Source: a virus
Taxonomy: Duplodnaviria > Caudoviricetes
Virus record (IMG/VR): IMGVR_UViG_3300036806_000389
Location: 1-56,537 of that record
DNA: 56,537 nt
Direction: 5' to 3' (one strand)
Positions 9,565 to 19,421 of this stretch are shown here, piece after piece. A program made the translations under genes and the position numbers. The notes under the pieces were generated by a model, which saw only the letters and a program-made list of their open reading frames with translations, was not told the DNA's origin and made no database searches. How positions within the stretch are numbered: position 1 is the first letter of the stretch; the number at the start of each line of letters is the position of its first letter.

Positions 9565-11145
9565 TCAGGGCAGCAGATCGACGATCGCGTTCGCGAAGTC
9601 GTACGCCATTCCGTGAATCATGTTGAAGCCCTGCGCGGTGTAGTGGAGCTTCGGCGTCCCGAACGTCGGATACGAGTCCGTCGGATGCGCGTAGACGTTG
9701 CTGCGCGTACTCGTGACAGCGAGCTCGGCTGCCTGAACCGTCAACAGGTTGTTCGCCGCCGGAATGTCGTGGACCATCGCGATGTGGAAGTCGACGTTCG
9801 ACAATCCCGATTGCGCCCGGACCCCGTCGATGAACTGCTCGAGATGCGTCTGGTAGGACAACGCTTCCGGATCATCGAGCGGCAGGTTCGTCTCGAATTC
9901 TCCCTGGTCCCAGATGAAGTGTGGGCGAATCGCTCGACCAGGGTATTGAGCGGCGATGAGCGGCTGCACCGTCGCCCAGTCGGCGACGAAAGCGTTCCAG
10001 CCGCTCGTCGACGGCGGCAGCCACTCGTCCTGCAGCGAGGTCGCGCCCTTGGCCACCTTGAAAATGAATGGCGTGAGCCCCACTCCAGCAAGAAGCGTGG
10101 CGAGGCGCAGCTCGATGCCGTGCGCGTTCACGCCATCGTACGGGCCGAGCGGAGCAAATCCGGTGCTGCTCACGCCGACGATGTGCTGCCACATGAAAAA
10201 GCCCGGAGGGATGATCGGCGGCCTGTCGGCAGCTCCGACGGCGTTCGATTGACCCATGACGATGATCACGTCTACGACGTGCGGGTTTGGCGTAGGCTTT
10301 CGGATCGGCGTCTCGACAAGGCGCGCGCGCTCGGCGAGCCACGCCGTAACGGCCAAAAACTCCGTCTGCGACAAGGCGCGGTTGTAGACGAGCAGTTCGC
10401 CTATCTTGCCGCTGTAGAATTTGTCCGGGACAGAATTTGGCCGACTGAACAGCGCGCCTCTATTGGGAGACGACGAACCGAGCGTGCGCACTGCCGCGTT
10501 CGGGTCCGCCCAAATGCCGTCTACGTACCTGGATTCGGTAGCACCGTCGCCGATCCACATGACGACGTGCGCTCCTCCGTCGATCGGCGTCGCCGCCTCG
10601 TTCGAATCGGAGAGCGTGGTTCCACCGCTGTCGATTGCTGTCGTGTTCCAATACGCGATGCTTCCGGCGGCGATGATCTGCCCCCATGTGCGCGTGCTGT
10701 TGTTGGCTACGCCGCTATTTCCCACGCCCAAAACCGCCTGAGTGGCGCTGAGGTTTTGCGCCTGCTCGACGTAGAAAATCGTGTAAGGGTTCGGAGGCGT
10801 GAGTGCAGATAGCACCGCGGGCTCCGAGAACACGAGTTGCTGAGTGGCCCCGTCTCCCTGCAGCGCGACGGAAGAACCGACGGATGCAACCGTCGGACCC
10901 GCACCGAGTGCGGTCCAAGGCACTCCGGTCACCTGGTTCGCCGCGGAATTGACGTTCGCTCCGGACATTACGAGCGAGCCCTGATCCGAAGGGTTCAACC
11001 AGGCGACCAGACCGCTACGGATCGGCGGCAGGCTCTGTGCGCCATCGGCGCGACGGGTCGTGGAAAAAAAGTACGGGTTGGGAATTGGTGGTTCTCCCGA
11101 GCAGCAGACCAATGCGCAGCAACACAGCAGGACGAACCACTTCAT
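9565..11145 (-). CDS. LamG/concanavalin-like domain fused to an SGNH sialate O-acetylesterase (SASA-like) domain
   Basis: GKIGELLVYNRALS (LamG-like); GQSNAVG, WDQGE, LHYT (SGNH/SASA blocks). Confidence 0.8.
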   Translation of the reverse strand: MKWFVLLCCCALVCCSGEPPIPNPYFFSTTRRADGAQSLPPIRSGLVAWLNPSDQGSLVMSGANVNSAANQVTGVPWTALGAGPTVASVGSSVALQGDGATQQLVFSEPAVLSALTPPNPYTIFYVEQAQNLSATQAVLGVGNSGVANNSTRTWGQIIAAGSIAYWNTTAIDSGGTTLSDSNEAATPIDGGAHVVMWIGDGATESRYVDGIWADPNAAVRTLGSSSPNRGALFSRPNSVPDKFYSGKIGELLVYNRALSQTEFLAVTAWLAERARLVETPIRKPTPNPHVVDVIIVMGQSNAVGAADRPPIIPPGFFMWQHIVGVSSTGFAPLGPYDGVNAHGIELRLATLLAGVGLTPFIFKVAKGATSLQDEWLPPSTSGWNAFVADWATVQPLIAAQYPGRAIRPHFIWDQGEFETNLPLDDPEALSYQTHLEQFIDGVRAQSGLSNVDFHIAMVHDIPAANNLLTVQAAELAVTSTRSNVYAHPTDSYPTFGTPKLHYTAQGFNMIHGMAYDFANAIVDLLP

Positions 11146-11891
11146 AGAAGTACGCCTGCACCGTACTTGGACGTGACGGCGGAGTCGAGCGCAGCAAGTT
11201 CAGACGTGTTTGGCTCGCCTTGGCAGATGAGCAGCGCCGCGATCGAGAAGCTTGTCCACGCGGACGTGCCGTTGTTTCGGCCTAGGAAGAAGCCGGCGCT
11301 CGGCGCCGAGTTGCCCGCGCTCGCACCGGTGATCTTGCTGGCGCCGAGCTTCAAATAGTCGGACGTCGACCCGGTGAACTTGCAAGCGCCTCGCGCCCAC
11401 GAACTGACCGGCGCCCCGCTGTTGAGGTTGGATACCGTCGTGTTCTGCATGCCGATCTGCGGCGTGGCCGTGTTCTGCAGAATGGAGAGCCGAGTCGTGC
11501 CGGTGGCGGAAATGATGATGCGATTGCTCGCCCACACGTCCTGTCGAAACACGAACCAGTAAAACGTCGGCGCCGTTCCCGGCGTCGGAAGCGTCAGGGT
11601 CGTGTTGTTGAGCGCGTTCTGATTCGCGGCAACTAGGCTGATGGTCGGGAACCCGTTCAGTCCAGAAGCCGTGTATCCGGGGAGCGTCGTTCCCGCGCCG
11701 TTGATGACGTTGCCGTTGCCTGTCTGGTCGGCCCACACGCTCATGGTGCCGCCGCTCTGCGTGACTCCAAGATCGGTTTGATACGCGGCGAGCACCGGAA
11801 TGCTCGACACGAAGGCGGCGAAATTGATCACCGGCGGTCCCGCCGCGCCTCCCGCGCAGCAGCCGATCATCGACATGAGCCCGAGTCTCAT
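11142..11891 (-). CDS. LamG-like tail/receptor-binding protein
   Basis: WADQTGNGN..GLNGFPTI..SIAALLICQG..VTSKYG pattern. Confidence 0.65.
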   Translation of the reverse strand: MRLGLMSMIGCCAGGAAGPPVINFAAFVSSIPVLAAYQTDLGVTQSGGTMSVWADQTGNGNVINGAGTTLPGYTASGLNGFPTISLVAANQNALNNTTLTLPTPGTAPTFYWFVFRQDVWASNRIIISATGTTRLSILQNTATPQIGMQNTTVSNLNSGAPVSSWARGACKFTGSTSDYLKLGASKITGASAGNSAPSAGFFLGRNNGTSAWTSFSIAALLICQGEPNTSELAALDSAVTSKYGAGVLL

Positions 11892-12943
11892 GGACCGGCC
11901 ACATATACGCCCGTTCCGTCACTCCATACCGTCCAAGTTCCCCTGTTCGTCGCGAGCGCCCTGTCGGCCGCAGTGCCTTCGATCGTTTCCGACCCGGCAC
12001 GGTGAAGCGTGATGTTGTTGGTCGACGCCGTTCCGGACGTGTCCTTGACGCAAAAAATGTAGCACTTGCCCACAACAGGCAGGTTGAGCCGACCAGGTGT
12101 TCCGCCGAAGTTTACCTCGAGGATCTCGTCGCTCATCAGAACGCTGTAAGGAGACGACGTAACTGCAGTGACGCGCGCGGTTCGCTGGTTCTGCGCGAGC
12201 GACCCAGATAGCGCTTCGGCGACTCCAAGTCCGGCGTCCGCCGAAGCTCCCGAGGACACCTCGACCACTGGAGCGAAAATCTTGCAGGAGCCGATCGACG
12301 TGTCTGGTGTGAACGGAGTCATGAGACCCGTCGCCTGGTTGCGGAAGTAGAACCACGGGTGCCACTTGAGATTTGCTCCCAAGTCGGACCGGAACGACCA
12401 GAAGACCACGACCGGTGCTGCGACGCTGTCCGGGAAGGAGAGCTGCGCACCGGATAGCATCTCGATCAGCGCGGGAGGCTGTCCGTTAGGCTTCAGCAAC
12501 GGACCGAAGAAACGGCCCCCGGGGAAGTCGACCGTGTTGTAGGGCTGCAGCGCGGACGCAGTCGATCCGAGGCCCGCTTGTCCTGATGCCGTGCCCGTTT
12601 CGGCAGTGGAACTCGAGAACGATCTGGCGATGATGCCGACGGTGCCAGTGGGGCCAGGGCCTGCCGATCCGCCGAGCACGAAACTCGCCATCAACGAATC
12701 AGCGATCGCGCCGGGTTGCGAAGTGCCGGTAGTGAAAGCGTCCGTGATCTTCACGTAGGAAGAAGTGAACGCGCTGCCTCCTCCTCCGCCTCCGGAATCC
12801 GGGTTCAGCACCGACACTACTACAATCGACTCGGGAATCCCCGTCCCCGGATAGCCGACGCCTCCGTAGTCAGCGGCGCTCGAAATCCACGAGTACAGCG
12901 TGCCGTCCGTGCTCGACACGGCTTGCATGAGAAAACTCGACAT
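11888..12943 (-). CDS. Tail fibre-related protein
   Basis: C-terminal VKDTSGTASTNNITL..SETIEG..WSDGT motif typical of tail fibres. Confidence 0.6.
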   Translation of the reverse strand: MSSFLMQAVSSTDGTLYSWISSAADYGGVGYPGTGIPESIVVVSVLNPDSGGGGGGSAFTSSYVKITDAFTTGTSQPGAIADSLMASFVLGGSAGPGPTGTVGIIARSFSSSTAETGTASGQAGLGSTASALQPYNTVDFPGGRFFGPLLKPNGQPPALIEMLSGAQLSFPDSVAAPVVVFWSFRSDLGANLKWHPWFYFRNQATGLMTPFTPDTSIGSCKIFAPVVEVSSGASADAGLGVAEALSGSLAQNQRTARVTAVTSSPYSVLMSDEILEVNFGGTPGRLNLPVVGKCYIFCVKDTSGTASTNNITLHRAGSETIEGTAADRALATNRGTWTVWSDGTGVYVAGP

Positions 12944-12949
12944 GGCGTT

Positions 12950-13348
12950 TCAGCTGAGAGATGCGGTGAACATGGTTCCGAAGAAGTCGTCTCCGGATCC
13001 GCCGGTGCATTCGGCGACGATTTGGTAAATGTGGCCTCCGGTGAGATCAACGGCGCCGGACACCTGGCGGTTCACAGTGGTGGTACCAGCACCGTGCATT
13101 GCTACGAGGCTACCGCTCACGTCGGCGTTCACCGTCGCGTCGAACAGCTTCGCGCGCATCGTCAGAGTGAGATCCGAAAGAGCTCCGAGGATGTCCAAGC
13201 TCGCTAGACACGACAACGGCAAGTAGAAGGCTCCGACCACTTGCCACCCCGGTGACAGGTTGACGGCCGCGAGCGTCGTCATAGGCGCGGCGTACGCGCA
13301 GATGACCTCCGCTGTAGTGCCTTCGGTCAAGGCGAATCCGTTCGGCAT
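12950..13348 (-). CDS. Hypothetical tail protein
   Basis: GAGGTGGTGA SD-like sequence; position within the fibre cluster. Confidence 0.6.
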   Translation of the reverse strand: MPNGFALTEGTTAEVICAYAAPMTTLAAVNLSPGWQVVGAFYLPLSCLASLDILGALSDLTLTMRAKLFDATVNADVSGSLVAMHGAGTTTVNRQVSGAVDLTGGHIYQIVAECTGGSGDDFFGTMFTASLS

Positions 13349-13349
13349 C

Positions 13350-14549
13350 TCACCACCTCATGGACGTGTGGATGCCAAGCGAGCTTTTCGCCAGCATGCG
13401 TTTGCTTCCACCGACGGTGTCGACCCAGGTAGTGAACGTCGTGATGGCGTTGTCGCTTCGATCTTTCTTGGCGAACTTGCTCGTTGCGAACACGTCGTCG
13501 CTGGCGAAAATCTCGAAGTCTCCGCTCTGCCCAATGCCGACTGTCGCCCAATAGTCGATGCCGCCGATCCCGCGCGCCGGCACACCGAAGTCCACATTCT
13601 GAAAAGCGAGCGTCGTCGGGTCTGGCGTGTAATAGACCTTCGTGCCCGAAGTGAACACGTACATGTTCAGACCGGCCAGGTAAACTCCGGAAGAAATGGA
13701 GTCGAAACCGATCGAACCGGTAGCCGTCCACGTCGTTCCGCCGTTGTCCGAGTACCAGAGCTTTCCACCGCCGTTGATCGCTGCCGCATTCGCCCAAGCC
13801 CACAACCTCGATGACGCTCCGATGATGATGCGCGAGAGAAATGTGATGCTGTTCGTGACGGCGCCGACGATGTTGGTCGTCCAGCTCGTTCCGCCGTTCG
13901 TCGACGTCCAAGCGAGGTGGTTTCCGTCACCGCCGCCGACGACGATCGCAGTGCCGCCGAAATCCACCGCGTCCTGCGCCTGCACGTGCGCCGTGTAGGT
14001 GCCGGGGAGGTTACTCTTCGTCCACGTCGAGATCGGCGCTGTGGACGCGGCGTAGACGGGTCCGGACCCGGCACCGAGCAGGTCCGAGTTGACGAGGATG
14101 GCGTGACCGCCCGATGAACACCCAAACGAGAACTTCGGAGGCGACGCAACGCCCGTCGTCGCCTTCACGAAGATGCCGTCGTCTCCCGCGTAGTAGTCGC
14201 CGGCCGTGTTCGATCCGCAGATGATCCACTGCTTGGTGAGCGGGTCCCAAAATGCCGCCGATGAGCCGTCCGCGCGGGCGAAAGTCGTGTCGAAAGGATT
14301 GCCAGAGTTGTCCGCGTACGTGGACTGCCAGTTCAGCACCGGCGTCATACCGGCGTATCCGACCCAACCGCACAGCGAGTTGAGGATCCAGTTCACCCAT
14401 TTCGCCGGCGGTCTCTTGCCCCGGAAAAATCCTTGAGCGATCGATCCAGAGATGGGCTGCAGCTTCGTCGGCTGCCCGACGTCTGGACCACTTGAGAAAG
14501 TGTCGTCTGTCGCCCACGAAGGTAACGGGTATTTCGGGGTGCTTGCCAT
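13350..14549 (-). CDS. Tail fibre with beta-propeller (BNR/Asp-box repeats)
   Basis: N-terminal QGF..PPAKWVNWILN baseplate-attachment motif; STNGGTSW and SDNGGTTW Asp-boxes. Confidence 0.75.
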   Translation of the reverse strand: MASTPKYPLPSWATDDTFSSGPDVGQPTKLQPISGSIAQGFFRGKRPPAKWVNWILNSLCGWVGYAGMTPVLNWQSTYADNSGNPFDTTFARADGSSAAFWDPLTKQWIICGSNTAGDYYAGDDGIFVKATTGVASPPKFSFGCSSGGHAILVNSDLLGAGSGPVYAASTAPISTWTKSNLPGTYTAHVQAQDAVDFGGTAIVVGGGDGNHLAWTSTNGGTSWTTNIVGAVTNSITFLSRIIIGASSRLWAWANAAAINGGGKLWYSDNGGTTWTATGSIGFDSISSGVYLAGLNMYVFTSGTKVYYTPDPTTLAFQNVDFGVPARGIGGIDYWATVGIGQSGDFEIFASDDVFATSKFAKKDRSDNAITTFTTWVDTVGGSKRMLAKSSLGIHTSMRW

Positions 14550-14558
14550 GTCTGATTT

Positions 14559-15152
14559 TCAGAGAACGTCCACGAACTCGCCGCCGACTGTGGAGGCGTC
14601 GTCGGCGAAGCCTCGGTCGATGTCATCTTCTTGGTCGTCGCCGTCCGCGAACGTGAAGGAATTGTCCTCCGTCGATGACGCGAACAAGAGCGCCGATCCG
14701 ATGCCGGCGCCTCGCGTGATCCCGATGATCGATGCGACGCTCGGCGCGTCCACTGTCATCGGCTCCGTGACATCGACCACGAACGACGCCGGGTAGTAGT
14801 CGTCGTACGTGAACGAGAGACCCTGCAGCACGAGCTGCGCGACCTGAATGATGTCGTCGGCGCGTCCGTTGGAGACGTTTGCGCGAATCCTCGCAAGGAT
14901 CCACAGCCTGTAGATGTCGTCCGTGGCACCGATGCGCGGCTGCCCAACGATCCTGCCTAACGTGTCGAGCTGCGCGTCCTTGGCGTTCGCGATGTACCGT
15001 TTCGTAAGAACGTCAAAGAAGACGTTCTCGATCTCCTGAATCTGGTTCAGGTACGACGAGGTCAGAGCCGCAAGGTTCGGCTTGTTCTGAAAATACTCGA
15101 TGAAGAGCGCCAGACCCTGCGCGACGTGGTCCGTGACCTGGGCGGGAATCAC
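14559..15152 (-). CDS. Baseplate wedge protein (DUF2612-like)
   Basis: QLDTLGRIVGQPR..DDIYRLWILARI; follows baseplate J. Confidence 0.85.
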   Translation of the reverse strand: MIPAQVTDHVAQGLALFIEYFQNKPNLAALTSSYLNQIQEIENVFFDVLTKRYIANAKDAQLDTLGRIVGQPRIGATDDIYRLWILARIRANVSNGRADDIIQVAQLVLQGLSFTYDDYYPASFVVDVTEPMTVDAPSVASIIGITRGAGIGSALLFASSTEDNSFTFADGDDQEDDIDRGFADDASTVGGEFVDVL

Positions 15153-16333
15153 GGCGTCACCGAGATCCTCGACGTGTCGAATCGAGCGATCCCGAAGGTC
15201 CCGATCGCGATGTTGCTCGCTGCCGAGGGCGACGGCGCGGTTCCGATAGCGAACGCAGTGACGTCGAGCACGCCGAGTTGTGCAAGCGGAAGAGCTCGCA
15301 CGAACAGCGCGATCACGGTTTGACCTGCTTCCTTGAACTGCGCGTTGCAGGCGGAGGCCACGGCGGCCGCGACCGCTGCGGCTCCGATGTATCCCGGCCC
15401 GGTCGAAAGCGTGTACGAGATGTAGATCGGCGTTGCGACTGCGCGCGAAAACGGCACGGCCCTGGTGATGCCGAGCTTGTCGACCGCGTTGCCCGAGGTG
15501 TTTCCGACAGGACGGATGCCGCCCGGACGGAAGTTCCAGATCACCTGCGCGATCGCGTCGTTGTTCGTGGGCGGTGGCGAATCACCGTCGTAGATGAGCG
15601 CTTCGAGCGAATGACCAGGAAGCCCGTTCCCGTCGGGCGTATCGCCCGTGTTCTCGAAGACCGTGCAGGTCTGCACGAAGTCGAGGTCGTCGAGAAGATG
15701 CGAGCGAATCGCGTCGGTGGTTGAAGACCCACGTTCAGCGAGGCCGGTCTCTTGCGACAGCCGGTAGTCGCCGTCGCTCTGCACGTCGGAACCTACGTCG
15801 GCGTCCAGCGCGTTCGTGACGCTGTTCCATCCGACGACGGGAGTCGCGATCACCGAAAGCGTCCCCGCATCAGCCTCGATTGCTCCCGTGTTCTCCGCGC
15901 GGAATACGACGTCGTGCGTCCCGTCCGAAGTCGCAGTGAAGTCGGCATCTGGCGTGAATCGAACGGACGGGTTCCCTGCGACGCTCGCGAAGTTCGTTCC
16001 GGAAAGCAGTGTCACTCCGTTGTCGACGTTGCAGGAGCACGTCACGAGCGAGTAACTCGCACCCTGCCGATCTGTGCCGCGTAGCTTGCCAAGATTGTCG
16101 AGCGAAGCGTCCTCGGCCGAATCGGGATCGAACGAGTTGTAGACGTCCTGCGCTAGCTCCCACAACGCAGCCAAGCGCTGCGAGTAGATGCCGTTCATCT
16201 GACCGATCGGCGTGTCCGCGGAGACGTCGATCAGTCCCGAGATGTTCGCGCGCTGGTCCTGCTCGATCTCCTGCAGGATCACGGACTGCGGCTTCAGCAC
16301 GAAGCCGGTTGGTGTGACGCCGTAGTCTGTCAT
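15149..16333 (-). CDS. Baseplate J/gp47-like protein
   Basis: MTDYGVTPTGF, FDPDSAEDASLDNL, ENTGDTPDGNGLPGHS. Confidence 0.9.
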   Translation of the reverse strand: MTDYGVTPTGFVLKPQSVILQEIEQDQRANISGLIDVSADTPIGQMNGIYSQRLAALWELAQDVYNSFDPDSAEDASLDNLGKLRGTDRQGASYSLVTCSCNVDNGVTLLSGTNFASVAGNPSVRFTPDADFTATSDGTHDVVFRAENTGAIEADAGTLSVIATPVVGWNSVTNALDADVGSDVQSDGDYRLSQETGLAERGSSTTDAIRSHLLDDLDFVQTCTVFENTGDTPDGNGLPGHSLEALIYDGDSPPPTNNDAIAQVIWNFRPGGIRPVGNTSGNAVDKLGITRAVPFSRAVATPIYISYTLSTGPGYIGAAAVAAAVASACNAQFKEAGQTVIALFVRALPLAQLGVLDVTAFAIGTAPSPSAASNIAIGTFGIARFDTSRISVTP

Positions 16334-16710
16334 GGGGAAATGTCTACGAGAAAGTCTTCGTCCGTTGGAGACACAACGACGGCACCGCCACCGATCAGCT
16401 TCGCGATGAAACGAAACGTGCAGTGCCGCGATGAATGGTCGAACAGCAGCGCGAAGTCCGGGACATAGGCGACGCCGGGCGTCGTCGCGACGACCTTCCG
16501 AAATAGCGCTTGGATGACGGCGAGATTCGGATTCTTGCCGAGAACGTTCTGGAAGTACGGGATGCCCTGGCGGAGGTCGAGGAACCACTCACCCTTGAAA
16601 AACTGGAACCGTGCCGCGATCTTTTGCCGCACGAAAATGGGCCCCTGCGTGAGTGGGGCCGTGCCGTTTTGGATCAGCAGGTCCCCGGCGGGGATCGTCC
16701 GGATGATCAT
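16330..16710 (-). CDS. Baseplate gp46/gp25-like protein
   Basis: RFQFFKGEWFLDLRQGIPYFQNVLGK. Confidence 0.85.
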   Translation of the reverse strand: MIIRTIPAGDLLIQNGTAPLTQGPIFVRQKIAARFQFFKGEWFLDLRQGIPYFQNVLGKNPNLAVIQALFRKVVATTPGVAYVPDFALLFDHSSRHCTFRFIAKLIGGGAVVVSPTDEDFLVDISP

Positions 16711-16727
16711 GACGTCGGATTCCGCGA

Positions 16728-16756
16728 TTGCGTCGCTGCCCATTGGGCAGCATGCT
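16728..16756 (+). promoter_or_regulatory. Putative sigma70-type promoter of the lipoprotein moron, with a palindrome in the spacer
   Basis: TTGCGT-17 nt-CATGCT followed by ATG at 16763; GCTGCCCA-T-TGGGCAGC at 16735-16751. Confidence 0.45.
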
Positions 16757-16762
16757 TGATTG

Positions 16763-17443
16763 ATGCGACGCGCGGCGACTTGGGCAATTGTTGCAACCCT
16801 CTTGGTCGGATGCGGCGGCGGTGCTGGCGGCTCGCTATTCACTGCGTCGGCGAGCGCCGAGACAGACGCGGGACGGATCGTCCAACCGGATCCCGGTCAA
16901 CCGGTGTCGGGCGGCGCGCCGACAGCCGTAGCGGGCGACGAAGCCGGTAAGGCAGGAACCGGCGGGAGCAGTGGTGCTGGGGTCCAGCCGGCCGCCAGTG
17001 GCGGTGCCAAAGACGTAGTGATGGGCTCAGCTGACGCTGGCCCGCTCGTCGTGTCGACGGGCGGCGCGTCCGCTGTCTTCGGCTCCGGCTCTCCTGACAG
17101 CGGTACGCCCACTAGCTCGGCCGGCGCGGCTGCGACGGGTACTGGATGCGCCGAAGACGCAGGATTGATGTGGACCGTCTACACGGTCGATCCTGGACAT
17201 TGTCTCGACGCGGGTAGCTCGACGTGGGTGGGTCCCTTCATTTGCAACGATCGAACTCCCGATGATGGCGTGTGCGACTCGGAGTGCAGCGACTATCTAA
17301 ATGTGAAGGTGCCACTCGCGGGGAATGCAGTCCGAATCGCCGTGCTCGTCACGCAAGGCACTGTACGAGAGGGAACGTTTATCGACGGCGATCCAAACTA
17401 CGCTGGTTGGTGTTACACGCAGCTGAGCGGGATCGGGAACTGA
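16763..17443 (+). CDS. Lipoprotein moron, antisense to the baseplate operon
   Basis: Lipobox LVGC, Gly/Ser/Ala linker, Cys-rich C-terminal domain. Confidence 0.8.
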   Translation: MRRAATWAIVATLLVGCGGGAGGSLFTASASAETDAGRIVQPDPGQPVSGGAPTAVAGDEAGKAGTGGSSGAGVQPAASGGAKDVVMGSADAGPLVVSTGGASAVFGSGSPDSGTPTSSAGAAATGTGCAEDAGLMWTVYTVDPGHCLDAGSSTWVGPFICNDRTPDDGVCDSECSDYLNVKVPLAGNAVRIAVLVTQGTVREGTFIDGDPNYAGWCYTQLSGIGN

Positions 17444-17446
17444 GCT

Positions 17447-18151
17447 TCACTCCGCCTTAACCTTCGCCGCTGCGGTGGATGCTGGCGTCGGCGGCGTGGC
17501 ACTGAATGGGACCGTGAATGTTCCCGCGCTACCGGCGACGCCGATGCCTCCCGTCAACGTGGCCTTCACTGCGCCAAGAAAACTAGCGATGTCGGACAGC
17601 CCGGCATCGACCTTCGCCGCGCGCGCCACGAAGTCTGCCGACGCTCCTCCCAGCCGAATCAACGTCGGCCCATCGATCCGCGCCTCGTCGTCGGTGACTG
17701 GAGGATCGAGCGGCTGCGTGTCGGGCCCGATCCCGGGGTAGAACTTCCCGTAGGAGAGATCGTGCCGGCGCAGGTCGCCCGGCTCCGACAAATCCCCGCT
17801 GACGCGCCAGTTACCGTCGGCAGCCTCGGAGAAGATGACGAGCCCCGTGTCGCCTTTGCGAAGCGGAAACTGTAGCGAATACCCGCCACCACGGGGCCAC
17901 GCGACCGGCACGCTCGGGAGCACCGCGTACGTCTCGAGCAGCACCGTACCGTCGCTCACGGGCGCCGGATGCAGCACCAGGAGCTCCACCGTCGCGATCT
18001 GCGTCGCCTTGTCGTACGTGAGAATGCGACCGGGCAGCGCCGTGTGCACGTCGAGTAGACGCGAGTCGATCGCTTCGCGGATGAGTTCGGCGAACGTCGG
18101 GTTGCCCGCGAGCGGCGGCGGTGAAGCTCGCTTCCTTGGTCGTGCCGCCAT
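17447..18151 (-). CDS. Baseplate spike protein (Gp138-like)
   Basis: VHTALPGRI..VPVAWPRGGG..GDTGLVIFSE..RRHDLS. Confidence 0.88.
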   Translation of the reverse strand: MAARPRKRASPPPLAGNPTFAELIREAIDSRLLDVHTALPGRILTYDKATQIATVELLVLHPAPVSDGTVLLETYAVLPSVPVAWPRGGGYSLQFPLRKGDTGLVIFSEAADGNWRVSGDLSEPGDLRRHDLSYGKFYPGIGPDTQPLDPPVTDDEARIDGPTLIRLGGASADFVARAAKVDAGLSDIASFLGAVKATLTGGIGVAGSAGTFTVPFSATPPTPASTAAAKVKAE

Positions 18152-19056
18152 CAGTACCTTTGCGCCTGAAAGTCGATGAACCAGTTCGTTGCGGCGGTGT
18201 CTCCGGACCAGACGGCCTTCTGGATTCGGTACGTGCCCTTGATTCGCTCCGCGTCGACAGTGACGAGCGCGCCGATCCGCACGTCGGGAATCATGAGCAT
18301 ACGCGCCGTGAGTAGACCGTTGTTGTCGACGGTCGGAGAGTCGACGAGCCCGGTGTCTCGAGTGAGACGAAGAGCCTGGCCACCGATCGCCGCGCCGATG
18401 TCCGTGAACTGGAGCGCTCCGTCTTGGACGGTGACTTCGAGCTGCGCGGAGCGAGCGAAGTCAGTGAGCTGCCGCGACGCAGCCGCCGAGACTACGCAGC
18501 CGATCGGGTAGATGGCCGATCCGGCCTGCTGCAACTTCGAGACGACCTTCGAAAGGTTGCCTTCGCCGACGCCGAGCGCGCGCACGATGGCACGGAGCGC
18601 CGTGTCGATGCTGGTCTTGGGCCCGTAGGAGACGTGGAGGCGAGCGTTCTGCCACGCCTTCTCACCGTCGCCCGAGGAGAGCTGAGTCACCCAGTCCGGG
18701 CCATCGCGAACGGTCTGCACCGTGCGCAGGTCGCCGAGCCAAACGAGCGAAGTGCCGGATGCATATCCAGCCTCGATGCGGCACGGGATTCCCTTCGTCG
18801 CTAGCGCCGCCTTCTGCGCCTTCGTGGTCTTCGCGCCCGCGACGCCCGAGAGAGACTTGCCCTTCGGTCGCTGCCCGAGCTGCTCGAGCTGAGCCTGGTG
18901 GTCCTGCGTCAGATTGTAGATGACGAGGTCGCAGGTGTTCGGCTCCGGCTTGATGCTCTTTTCGATCTTGAATTCGCAGTCGAGCGCGTCGAACTCGATC
19001 GTGTCGACGGTGACTTTGACGCGACGATCGAAGAGCGCGATCGGACTCTGCGTCAC
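18151..19056 (-). CDS. Baseplate hub protein
   Basis: FKIEKS..PNTCDLVIYNL..IEAGY..VQDGALQ..TGLVDSP. Confidence 0.85.
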   Translation of the reverse strand: MTQSPIALFDRRVKVTVDTIEFDALDCEFKIEKSIKPEPNTCDLVIYNLTQDHQAQLEQLGQRPKGKSLSGVAGAKTTKAQKAALATKGIPCRIEAGYASGTSLVWLGDLRTVQTVRDGPDWVTQLSSGDGEKAWQNARLHVSYGPKTSIDTALRAIVRALGVGEGNLSKVVSKLQQAGSAIYPIGCVVSAAASRQLTDFARSAQLEVTVQDGALQFTDIGAAIGGQALRLTRDTGLVDSPTVDNNGLLTARMLMIPDVRIGALVTVDAERIKGTYRIQKAVWSGDTAATNWFIDFQAQRY

Positions 19057-19406
19057 AGGGCCTCGATGGCGGCGAAGTCGGTGCTCTCGAAGTAGGTGAG
19101 TTCCACGCGCTGGCCGACGCCGAGCTCGTCAAGGCCGGCCGGTGATCCGTCACCGGTAAGGTCAGCCGCCATGAGCTCTCCGGGCGGCATGTCCGCGTTC
19201 CAACGGTAGTGCCGGAGCAAGGGCCAGTTCGAGACGAGCGTGATTCCCGAACGTATCGGGTTGTCCTCGTCGTCGTTGATGTCGAGGTGCCAGAGCTCTT
19301 CGCGCTGATTCCACGACAGATGAAAGACGAAATCCCTACCTTCCAGCCGAACCTTGAAGATCTGAAAAGGTACCGACGGGGTGGTAGGGACGAGCAGCGT
19401 GGCCAT
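19053..19406 (-). CDS. Baseplate plug-like protein
   Basis: LEGRDFVFHLSWNQREELWHLDI; position. Confidence 0.75.
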   Translation of the reverse strand: MATLLVPTTPSVPFQIFKVRLEGRDFVFHLSWNQREELWHLDINDDEDNPIRSGITLVSNWPLLRHYRWNADMPPGELMAADLTGDGSPAGLDELGVGQRVELTYFESTDFAAIEAL

Positions 19407-19421
19407 TTGATTTGGCGGGGA

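Noticed and set aside
9565-14549. Diversity-generating retroelement or invertible tail-fibre cassette
   Set aside because: No reverse transcriptase or invertase in the window and no template/variable repeat pair noticed
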